Shown: positions 36,897 through 47,740 of the stretch, piece by piece | Numbering within the stretch: position 1 is the stretch's first letter | Layout of the letters: the number at the start of each line of letters is the position of its first letter | NCBI GenBank assembly: GCA_964234715.1 | Contig: OZ174281.1 | DNA from: Podarcis melisellensis | Lineage: Eukaryota | DNA: 64,000 nucleotides | Reading direction: 5' to 3' (one strand) | The notes under the pieces: model-generated | What the model was told of the DNA's origin: nothing | The model's database searches: none | The model's input: only the letters and a program-made list of their open reading frames with translations | Made by a program: the position numbers and the translations under genes

Positions 36897-38220
36897 CCCT
36901 GTGATCTAGGCAGAGTGCTTTGATATGTGCAGTTCAACCTACCAAAGGGCCATAAAAGGCAGGGGCAGTGAATGGGAACCACATAGAAATGGAGGCATGA
37001 GCCAGTTGCTTTCTGTCCACTTGGCAACTCTACTGTGATTTTATTGTCGGTCATGGATTGAACCTCACTTCAAGAAACAAAGAACAAGCAAGTGGCAGGG
37101 GAGGTGAGGCAGTCCCAGGACTCTTTTTGAAACACATTCTCTGATCAGCACAGAGGAAAATGGCGAAAGCCATACTTTGATATGGCAACGAAACAGGTAA
37201 GAGAAAACACCAGCAGTGAAAACCTGGGGATTTGTGCAACTTAAAATTGTTTTTAGCTTTGTTTTATCTCCACAAGAAGAGGTCCTTACATATGTGGTGA
37301 ATGAGACAGGAAAGGGGAAGTAGAAAATCAACGGAGTCCTGTATTTCATTTTGCTTCTAACGTATTTAACTTCTTCGTTCCGAATTTCCTCTTCAAACTT
37401 TTCAGTCTGATTTCCAGCGTCTTGCGAATGCCGACAGTCAACAAGGTGAAGGGGAACTTGTATCACATTCTGTCAGTACTGTCGATCTCAGATAGAATCC
37501 CTGAATTTGTGCAGTGAAAAGCAGGCTTCAGGAAGAAGGCTTTACACCATATGAAACCATTTACAGGTAGGATTAAAACAATATCAAGATGGAGCTGAGG
37601 AGGCAGAGAGTGCTTGCCTTGTTTGCAGAAACTAGTAAGAGATGAGAACTTGAAATATTGGCAGCAAATACCCACTTTTGGTTAGATGTTTCAGTTAAGT
37701 GCAAACAAAGTAGATGGAAATCATTTCCATATTTTCAGAGGTCAAAGGATAACCTGTTAAATTAGGTTAAATGGGCACTCACTACAGTTCCCAGTCATTT
37801 GCAGGAATATTGTGCAGGATCTGGTGTGTTTCACAGAGGAATTCCTGCCTGTATGCCTTCATACTGCTGCCACAAAATTGGCTTTGCCAACGACCTTCTG
37901 ATGTCTTTAAAACTACAGTGGGCAAAGCCTTTCCTCTTTTCTAAGTATGGTAGACTTGCAACTCAATCTGACAAGTATGTACCCAGAATTACAGGTGAGC
38001 AAATCAGTCTATTTCCATTCTATGTCATCTTTGCAGGTGTTGACCCAGACATCCATCCAATTTTGGTATGAATCTGTGACTTTACCTCAAGTCTGCATGA
38101 AAAATTGCATTTCTTTATTTAGTTGCTTAGAATAGTTTATATTCTGTCCCTCAGCACAAGTGATCCAAGGGCAGAGCCTAACAATGTAAAAGACAGTGTA
38201 ACTGTGTGTGTGTGTGTGTG

Positions 38221-38930
38221 TTTTATTAAAGATTTCTTGGTTTACAAAAGTATGTGCAATGTCTCTTTTTTCAAGTTACATTTTCTACAGGTCAGTTTCA
38301 TTTGTTGAGACATTAGTGTTACATTAGGAAGAAAGGGGGGAAAGAGGTGGAGGGGGTCATGGTGAGTGGGGGTGGGATCTGGTGGCAATGTTTCTATTTT
38401 ACTTAATGTATGTGTGGGTTTTGTGTCAGTGTCACTTGTGCGGGTTCTCTTCTCTATTCATTTGTGTTCCTTTGATGGTGAGAGAGGTTGGGGTTGGCAT
38501 AAGGTGTGGTTGTTCGTTTGTGATTGGCTGTGGTGGACTTTGCTTTCATGTCTGAGTGGGGTGGGTGGGTGTTTTTGAATCAGGTCAGCCATATTGATTT
38601 GTATGCTGTTGGTGGATTCTTGTTGTTGTCTTGTTGGGCTGTGTATATGATAAAAGGGAGCCATACCGGGGTGAAGGCATCTTCTTCCATTTGTCCCATG
38701 TCAGTTTCAGCTTATTGGTTAGTTTTTCTAGTAAGGCTGCTTCCCATACTATTTGGTACCATTGGTCCATGCTTACTCCTGACAGGTCTCTCCAGTATCA
38801 GGCAATGATGTTTCTGGCTGCTGAGAGAAGGTGGGTTATGAGCTCTTTGTGATGTGAGTAGGCATGATTGTCTTGGAAGATGTTTAGTAGGGCCAGTTCT
38901 GGGCTAACTTCTAATACTTGTTTAGTGTGG
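38221..38930 (-). mobile_element. 5'-truncated L1 LINE 3' end (ORF2 C-terminus + 3' UTR)
   Basis: SPELALLNIF..KELITHLLSAARNIIA*YWRD..MDQWYQIVWEAALLEKLT..F.PVWLPF matches the L1 ORF2 C-terminal pattern; AATAAA followed by an (AC)n tail near 38221. Confidence 0.88.
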
Positions 38931-39160
38931 ATTTGATATCTCACTTTATCACTACCCAAAGGAGACTCAAAGCGGCTAACATTCTCCTTTCCCTTCCTCC
39001 CCCACAACAAACACTCTGTGAGGTGAGTAAGGCTGAGAGACTTCAGAAAAGCGTGACTAGCCGAAGGTCACCCAGCAGCTGCATGTGGAGAAGCGGAGAC
39101 ACGAACCCGGTTCACCAGATTACGAATCTACCGCTCTTAACCACTACACTACACTGGCTC
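38931..39160 (-). mobile_element. tRNA-derived CORE-SINE (second Squam3-like subfamily)
   Basis: Minus strand gagccagtgtagtgtagtggttaagagcgg (A box), gggttcgtgtctcc (B box), CORE-like ccttactcacctcacagagtg. Confidence 0.82.
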
Positions 39161-39505
39161 TTATTTTGCATATTTCTCGCATGGTTGTTACCCAGAATAG
39201 TTGGATTTGGGGGCATTCCCACCACATGTAGAGGTACTGTGCTCAGTCCCCTTCTTTGTGATCCTTGTACCACTTGCTCTAGCCATCACCTGGCTGGGTC
39301 ATTCAACTGGAATGGTCTACAGTGCTGGAGAGGTCATGCAAGCACAACCGTGTCAATGCACCTTTTCACGCCACTAGAGCCACAATAGGGGTGCCAGTCA
39401 TGCCAGTGAGAAAATAATTTTAAATGTATTTTTCACAAAAAATGGATTCATTCCCCCTCAAAATAAGAACATATAAATGTATTTTGTCTTAAAATAAACA
39501 TTTTC

Positions 39506-39819
39506 TTTTTTATATATATAAATGTTTATTAAGGTTTTTACAAAATAAAAAATCCAATAATAATCAACAGTATTACTTTGCTTTAACAAAATTTCATGTC
39601 ATCCTTGAACTTCCTCGCGCCTCCCGTTCCCATTTGCATCATTAATAAATTTTTGTCATGCAAATTATCATCTTATTTCCAAATTTTGTGACCGCTTATT
39701 TGATTACAATAAAATAATTCTCCTGCAAATTTGTTTCTTTTGATCTCTCTTATCTTCAATTCCTGATCTATTTTAGTGATGGCCAATTATTTATAACCAA
39801 GCATCCTTTTTAACATTCC
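39506..39819 (-). mobile_element. Short L1-type 3' UTR insertion
   Basis: Perfect 16-bp TSD taaaataaacattttc (39490-39505, 39820-39835); minus-strand AATAAA plus an A/TA-rich tail. Confidence 0.8.
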
Positions 39820-40419
39820 TAAAATAAACATTTTCAAATACGTTTTGAGATCCTTTCTTTCCAGCTGAGAACTGTATCCGAACATTTGGAAAGTGTGACA
39901 GCTGGTGGATAACTAAGTTCTGATCCATATGGGAAGTGCAGCTGAGGTCAGTTCTTTTTGTAATTCATTATCACTGGATTCCTCAGATGGTCCGACCCAA
40001 AAGTATGCCCCATTTATTTCAACGAAATGTATGCTCAAATATGAAAGCTTAGGAAAGAAATCCTATGAACATAAGGTAAGTCCCACTGAAAAGTACACAT
40101 TGATTTACATGCTTAGGCCGCAACTCCCATTCTCTGCTGGCAGGGCTTTGCAAAATGGTGGCGCTGCTGTCACGACAGACTGTATGGTGGGACAGCAGAA
40201 GGCCATGGGCAGGACAATGAGGTGCATCATCACCACCTGATGAAAATGAGACTAGCTTGAGGTCCAGTGTCAGTGCTATGGTGGAGAGGTACCACAGGGG
40301 AGCACAGTTTCAACACTATTTTCAGAAGAGGTGTGATGATGTCACCTGCCAGATAGCTTTTCCTCGCTCTGGCAAGTAAGTGGAGTGAAAATGAAATATT
40401 CAAGTTTGAATCAGATTAA

Positions 40420-40685
40420 ATTAGAGTGGGAAACTTCTGCCCCACAGGCCAAATTCGGCTCAGCAGTGGTCCCAGTTGGGCCTGTGAGACCATGTCCAGC
40501 TGGCCTACATGACCTGTCCCACACAGTTTCAATGAAAACGTTGGCAGGTGGGGGTGGGATGGAACAATACACATGTTAATCATCAGATACCATAATGATG
40601 CCAGGTGGCTGACAGGTAGGTTGTTTCACCTGCCTGTCAAAAATGACCCATAAAGATGTAGCCCCCTAGACCAAGAAGGGTCTGA
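40420..40685. mobile_element. Degraded hAT MITE
   Basis: Start gtgggaaactt.tgcccc.caggccaaatt.ggc typical of hAT-Charlie-like ends; internal inverted repeat tgacaggtaggt/acctgcctgtca. Confidence 0.45.
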
Positions 40686-41420
40686 AAAAATGAGGAACAT
40701 TTTTTTTTTCCTTTTTTGCAGGCGTGGCTTTGGGAGCCGTCATGATAAACTCCCACACCTCAGAATTTATCACTGATTCATGGCAAGAAGGGTAAAGCCC
40801 TTTCAGAATTAAAATTCTCCTTTCAAATAAGATTGTTCACATTGCGTTCAATGACATACTCACATTCCCTGATCCCAATCTCTGAAAGGAATTGGGTTTT
40901 CTTTTCTAAAGTTTAGGGGCTTTTGTAATCTCTTGGGTACCTGGCGCTCAAGTGCATTTTACAAAATGAAAGGAGAGCTTGCGTCACTTCACATATCTGA
41001 TGGAGTCACTCACAATTTAATGCAAAACTGGCCTTGCCAATCAGACTCCCCAGGGTTTCCCAAAGTGCTTCTGAAGAGCAGTATGTTTTTGTCTTTTGCT
41101 GGAAACAGACGGGGCACTAAAGAGTAGTTATTTTTAAAAGATTCAGGTAAAAAGCTTGGCCATATAATACCCCTAATCTTTCACACTCATCCCAACTCCT
41201 CATTCCTCCTACATTTTACTATGCTGTCAATAAGCATAGTGTACTGTTCTCGCGTGACATAAAAAGATTATCTGAAAATTCCCCCCTTATTGTAGACAAC
41301 TTGTTTGCCTAGCAATATAAATTTGAGGAACAGTGCTATTTAAATGAAATGCCAAAAGACAAGATTCCACAGTATATCTTTCTTCTCTCAAAAAATGCAT
41401 TTTCTTTGTAGTTCAAGAGG

Positions 41421-41421
<1 letters not shown>

Positions 41422-41452
<31 letters not shown>
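41422..41452. repeat. (TG)n microsatellite
   Basis: Directly visible. Confidence 0.95.
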
Positions 41453-41453
<1 letters not shown>

Positions 41454-41457
41454 GTTT

Positions 41458-42330
41458 CCTAGTGAAATATGGGGAGATTGTTACTTCTTATCCAGATGCA
41501 TTTAGGTACTTACTTGTTACATACCAAAGCCTAGAAGACATTAACACACCTAAAAGCCCCACTCCCTGCCACCACCTTCATTTACTTCACTATAATTGAG
41601 AGGACATCTCTCATTAGTCCCCATTATTAAAGCTCAAGTGTGCAAGTAGCTTGAGCTTCCATGCCTCTTTTATTTGCTCAATTACATGTTCTTCCCTAGC
41701 ATTGCTTAATGTTAGAATACCAGATCTGATGATCCACGAAAGACTATTGGGTATACATGTGATCATGACCCCTATTCTGGCTTCTGTTCCTCTGACATTC
41801 ACACTCTCCAGAAATTTCCTCTGCCTAGTTAAGCAAATCTGGATAATCAATTATCCCTTAACAATTTTTTATATATAAAAAAATGGTCTATGACCTCTTT
41901 CGTGTATATGTGATGCTTGCCATTAGCTTAATGTCATCCGATTAATTTCTTCTTGGTATATCCTTCTAAGGCTCAACAAGATGTCCTAGTTGTGGCCAAC
42001 CCATCTTTCCGATGAAAACCTTCGCACTGTAACACGGGAATGATATCACTACAGATCTATTATTTCTCGGAACAAGATATTTCAATTTGCATAAAATATT
42101 CCGCATTGACAGGGTGCCAAGATGGAACACCTAATGACCATTCTTCACCATGATCTTGCAACAGCATTAAGAATATTAGGAACTTCGGTGCTAGACTTAA
42201 GGAGATGCCTCCCACCATCCCTTCCCATATACCTCCCACCAGCTAATTTACAGCCTTGTGACTTTTTCTAAGCCCTGACATTGCACTGACCAGGATAATG
42301 GGCCAAAGGAAATTTCTTACATGATGTAAT
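41458..42330 (-). mobile_element. Old decayed L1 ORF2 (post-RT region)
   Basis: Ordered remnants GTL....LKYLVP, F...GWPQLGHL, LT...KFLE, IKEAWKLKL, RLWYVT...ISP follow the L1 ORF2 layout preceding the zinc knuckle; many stops and frameshifts. Confidence 0.55.
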
Positions 42331-43504
42331 TTTGCTCACATTAAGCACCGTGGTTCATAGGTTGTCATATAAGGTCAACTGCAGATATTAAAACCCCTAA
42401 ACTGAGAAAAGAGAAAATGACAATTTGAGTCCAAATTTAAATAGATTTCTGTAAGTCAACGCCAGGGACTAAGGGCAAAAACATATTCTTGTCCATTATC
42501 ATGTTACTAGCTGTTTAATGTGAGGTTTATTTGACAGTACAATGAGCAAACAGGACTTCTATATATATTTAAAAAGAACGACTCCATTCCTTTTTTCTTT
42601 TGTAAAACAAAAGGAACTTTAAGGTTCTTCATCCCATGGGAAAAAATGGGTAAATGTACATTTTGGACACAGATCAACACATTACAGAATGACACTAAGA
42701 AGAAATTAATTAAGTGAATGGTTTCACAAGCCTGTCATTTGTGTTTAATAAAGGTTATGGAAGGAAATGTTGGCAGGGCATGTTCATTCCCCTGATGTAG
42801 GATAACGAACACTTGCAAAGTACAATACTCAAGGTCCCAGGAAGGAGGTCCTCCTTTTGCCCTGGATGAAGTTGTGCATTTTTTTTAAAAAAGCAAAATC
42901 TTCTGATGCAATTTTAATTTGAAGAAGAGTTGAGTAGCAAAACTGAAAATAAAACCCTTTTCAGCAATTAAAAAAAATGGATATATCACCACAAATTTCA
43001 CCTAAATCCAGCACTTGAGGCAAATTTTGTTTTACTAAATTTGCTTTGGTCAGAGAGCATGATTGGCTACCTCCATCAATTCATGTGACTTGCAGCCTGG
43101 GATCATTTCTTCTTCTTCTCTTTATGCTTGACTAACTGGTTCCTTCTATGCTGGTCCTCTGATTGCTCTCTCTCTCTCTGTGTGTGTGTGTTATGGATTG
43201 TATATTTGTGGGAGATTTTCTGTGCTCTACCTGTTTTGCTCTTATATTTCTTGTAACCAAGTGTATAGGTGTATATGCTCAGACTTTTTATTCTTTCCTC
43301 ATCTTTCTTTCATATGGAAGGTTTTAATAAAATGTTCTTAAAAACCAAACATAATAATAAATGATTGGTTGAGTTGTATGAGAAATCTCGTTGGGGTTTA
43401 CAGAGCTGAAATAGGTCTAGCAAAATTTCTCAGAAATCTCTGTTATTCAAGTCACAGCTAGTCAACTTGTTCTGTCCAAGAGATGATTTTTTTTTATATT
43501 TAGC

Positions 43505-43790
43505 AGATCTTTTTCAGCCCAGGGGTCATCTTCCTTTGTGGACAAACCTCCAGGGGATGCATGCTACTGGTGGGTGGTGTTTGAGAGGCAAAAAGTAGGT
43601 GGGGCCAGAGGCAAAAGTGAGCAGAGCAACTGATGTGATGAAGCAGGCTGTGTTCCAGCCAGAGGTTTTCCACACACCTTTTCCCACCCAGGCAAGGAAG
43701 AGATATTATGATGGCAAAGGACACATTATTATGGTAAAGGCAAAGCCACTCATGGAGAGTGTGGAGAAGGGATGCTTATGGACATAGCCG
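43505..43790. mobile_element. Degraded lizard hAT MITE
   Basis: ttttcagccc.aggggtca..ttcc, duplicated agaggcaaaag, ggggccagaggcaaaagtg; resembles recalled lizard hAT MITEs; boundaries approximate. Confidence 0.45.
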
Positions 43791-46513
43791 GGGGAGAAGC
43801 GGGTATTGACTGGGAGAATCTAGAAGACCAGATACAACAGAAGTTAGAAAAGCTTCCACTCTCCCTTCATCTTCCCTGTAGGCCTCTTTCCTATAGGAAT
43901 CATAAAGATGCTGTTTTAGCTGGGTTCTCAACAAATTCATGGTGGGCATGATATCTACAGTTACTAGACAACTTGCTATTTTTGCCTTTGCGTGTATGTT
44001 GGTTTTTCTCAGTTCCACCGTCCATGAACGACAAGCAGAATAATGAATGTAAGCGTGGGAAGTGGCGCCCACAAAAATCAGGTGCATCATATCGCACCAT
44101 TTCTCATAACACCATGTAATATTACTTTGTGCAGGTTACACCATGTCACCAACCTTTTTGGCCCATTGCCACATTTGCAAACTAAATTGTCACGGGCACC
44201 TCCCCCCACCCACACCACAACCAAGCCCACTCTACCAATTATCTTGGTAACAATCAAATGCTTTTTTCCATGCCTAATTTCAGCAGTGTGCAACAGGGAA
44301 TACCTCTGTGGATATATGTCAACCCACGGGAGCCACATTGGTAACCCCTGCCAAATACAATGACCTCATTCTCCAGTTTTCTTTCTGGAGGGAGGCAGGG
44401 TAACGGGTGAGAAGATGGTAGATCAGGACAATAACTATATGGTTTGAGACGCTGGAGCATCAGAGATGGAACAAATACCATGTCTGAAAATTCCCTGAGT
44501 ATATCTTGCTTTGCATTCACAAGTATATGCCAAGAGAATATGAAATTGGTGGCCACACATGGAGCAACCCAAATTAACTCCCCATCACACAGTGAGAAAT
44601 ATACTGACACAGACACCATTGCCATATTGAAATTACAAATCAATAAAATTAGACACTGATGATAACCAAGCTGTGATTTCCCAAATTGCTATTTGATGTC
44701 ACGGAAACAAAGCAGATCATAGAAACAAAACACAGAAAATATTTTATTTCTAAAGACATTTATTTAAGTATGAAGATATCCCTAATTTCCTCTTATATCA
44801 AGCTATAAGCGTGGTGTGCTTGTTGAACCTTTAGTTCTGCTTTAAATAAAATTAACATTCTAAATCACTCACTTTGCCTTCACTTTTGCAAACCTCAGAG
44901 GTAAATAAAGCCAGGTTTTAGAGATGCTTTCTCATTTCTGCACTCCAGAGAGAACTGGGAAGAACAGCTTCCTGAATTATACAAATATATATGTGCGAGT
45001 ATGTTATGTTTTATTTTTATTGATCAGAATGCCTTGTGGCTGCAAAAATTGGGTTGATAAGTCTCTCCCCCTCCCCCAAGTTTGCATGCAAGACTGTCTG
45101 AGTGTTAACTGCTACTTTTTGAAAAACCTCTATATTATTATGGTATTTATAGCATCTCACATGTATTCCTTTTCATTAGATGCAAGCTAAAGCAAGAACC
45201 TTAGCATCCTCCTTGGCCCAGCTATACCTTGCATTTATGATTTCCGTTTTAAACTTGAATCCTGATTGCTATTCAGCATTGGCAAAAGAAGAGGAGAGGA
45301 GATATTTCAACCAAGGGGACAGACAGGAACAAGCAAGGAACACAGATGAAATAAGAACTTCCAACAGAAGGGAGGGAGGGTCATTGCCTCTGAAAAATCT
45401 GGACTGTTTGGTCATAATTGCCAGGCAATACATAGATATCATCCAACAGCCAGAAACATTTCCAATATTACATCACATCCACTGCTGCTGCCTGCCAGTG
45501 TGTTAGCAGTAAATCTGAAGGGCCAGGAATGTAAGTGGAGCTTGTCTATTGACAATGAGGTTCTGGCCTCTGTTCTGCAGCAGTAAATGCCCTTCTCACC
45601 AGAATTAAATGATCTGCTAAATATCAAAAATACTCTAGTGAGAGCAAAGGCTTTCCCCTTAATTTTCTAGGGGTAGACGGTTGGAGAATACTTAGACATG
45701 TTGAGAGGGTATAAATAAAACAGCGGAGAACTCTTGGAAGAGAAATGCATGGCTGGCAACACTCCAAGCCCTCAGCAGCCGGCCTCAGTTTGGAGGTAAC
45801 ACATGCTCCACACTCTTTTTAACCTTTATTTTGGACAGAGAAAACTTGATACAAGCCATAACAGTCATTCTGCCTGTGCTCCCCTTTACAGGCTCTTCGC
45901 TCCTTTCCACAAATGTGGCATCAGGTTATGTTTCTGGTCACAAAGGATCTTTTTGAGGCAGATGCTAATGTGAGTGGCTGGGTTTTTGTGTGTTTTTTAA
46001 AGGAAAACAGTGGTAAAAGTCCAGCGGGACCAGATCACAGAATTCATGATCTTGAGAGGGCACAGCATGGTAATCTTCAGCACTCATGTCAGATTCAAAC
46101 AACTGCTTACGGGAGAGAGTGCAGAAAAGGAAGTTGCATTTTAAAATAACATAAAATATATTTGCTTTGCAATATCCTCCAATCTTTGCAACAGCATGCG
46201 GGATAATCCTAAATATGTCTACTCAGAAGTAAGCCAAACTGAGTTCAAATCAATTGGATGGACTGCCAGCTAAGCATTTATATTATTGTAGCAGCCACAT
46301 GTCCTGGGAATAACTCTCAGTGAACTTGATGGAACTTTACTTTTCAGTCAGATTATGGTGTAATTTAAAAACAAACATCTAGACAGCACAAGGGACTTAA
46401 TAATCTGTAGACTACTATTGGTTGGCATTGGGGGTGGGTGTTTGCAGGGCATACCTCACAGGTATATGCTGATGTGCTGTAATAATTTAAAATTATTGCT
46501 AAGTAGTCCTGCT

Positions 46514-46720
46514 NNNNNNNNNNNNNNNNNNNNNNNNNNNNNNNNNNNNNNNNNNNNNNNNNNNNNNNNNNNNNNNNNNNNNNNNNNNNNNNNNNNNNNN
46601 NNNNNNNNNNNNNNNNNNNNNNNNNNNNNNNNNNNNNNNNNNNNNNNNNNNNNNNNNNNNNNNNNNNNNNNNNNNNNNNNNNNNNNNNNNNNNNNNNNNN
46701 NNNNNNNNNNNNNNNNNNNN
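46514..46720. other. Assembly gap (207 N)
   Basis: Run of n. Confidence 1.
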
Positions 46721-47253
46721 CCATACATGCATGCATGCAAAGTCTCTAAAATATGGCTAATCTTCAAAGTGATCCAGCTTTAATTTGCACTGCTTGCTGA
46801 TCACTCCAAGAACTTTGTGACCTAGAAAGTGTTTATACCCACTCTGAACAATGCCAAAATTAGTCTTGGCTCCCAATCAACACACACTTGGAAGTAAGAA
46901 AGAGATACAGGCAAGAAATGGTGCAGGCTCAGCAACAGACACAGTGCTCAGGAGTCAAGATCCAGGAGTTCAGAAACAAAGCAAACCAACCAGAACTGGA
47001 CAGATGCAATGAAGATGTCCCAACAAGTTTTCCTGCCCCTCCTGCCAATTTTTTTAAAGACAAGGTGTGGCATGCTCCATGCTCACTCATGAGACTCTCT
47101 TACCATGTGGAAGTATCAGAGTTGCAAGTACATGCACTGTCAGGGAAAGGTGGGTCTGCTTACATCTGAAAGACATTGAATGTTGCTGCTTGGAAAGGCA
47201 GCAAGGAGGGCAGTGGAAGGAAGAGGTGGACAGCAAGGTGGGAAGGTGGAAGG

Positions 47254-47258
<5 letters not shown>

Positions 47259-47302
<44 letters not shown>
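47259..47302. repeat. (GA)n microsatellite
   Basis: Directly visible. Confidence 0.95.
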
Positions 47303-47304
<2 letters not shown>

Positions 47305-47386
47305 AGAAGTAGAAGTAGAAGCAACAGTCAGAGGGTGACTTGACCAGCCACTTGCTCACAAGCACTGATCAGGCTGATATTCCAGC

Positions 47387-47740
47387 AGTGGAAAGTTATC
47401 TTCAGGAAGACTAACTGCTCCACCAACTCAGCATCCAAGCTGGTGTAGTGGCATGTAACTATGTTGCCCACCACAAGGTGGGAAACCCTTTTGCTTGAAA
47501 TGGTGGTGAGTGGCAAGAAACATGTTCTTGGGCAACCCAATCTAGATCTTCCCAAACCTGGAGATGGGCTGCCCAGTAGTTCACAAGGTCTGTGGCGGTG
47601 CTTTCCATGGGCTCTGCCAGGTAATGTGCCACCACCACTGACTCATTATCCCAGTGGGTGGGTTTGCTGGCTCTCAATGCCACCATTCCCTCCGAACTTT
47701 TGGCCCAGTTCAAGTTGTGTGGCCCTAGTGTACAAGACAC
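47387..47740 (-). pseudogene. hAT transposase C-terminal dimerisation domain relic
   Basis: VAHYLAEP...DLVNYWAAHLQVWEDLDWVAQEHVSC, frameshift, TTISSKRVSHLVVGNIVTCHYTSLDAELVEQLVFLK, matching YL...PL.YW...WP.LA..A...LS.P.TS..SERVFS..G.IV...R..L....VE.LVFL (PF05699-type). Confidence 0.85.

Noticed and set aside
37141-37190. ctgatca...gaaa plus hairpin as a hammerhead
   Set aside because: Core G8 is missing (CUGAUCA) and no UH follows helix III.
41717-41754. ctgatga-tccac-gaaa hammerhead-like core
   Set aside because: No helix II can form and the UH/helix I register does not fit; lies within an L1 relic.
42122-42271. + strand 49-aa frame with ILHHD...(35 aa)...PCDFF resembling a mariner DD34D segment
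   Set aside because: Lacks the HDNA and YSPDL motifs, has no flanking transposase sequence or TIRs, and the opposite strand is better explained as L1 ORF2.
46365-46783. Four ORFs containing X runs
   Set aside because: Artefacts of the N gap.
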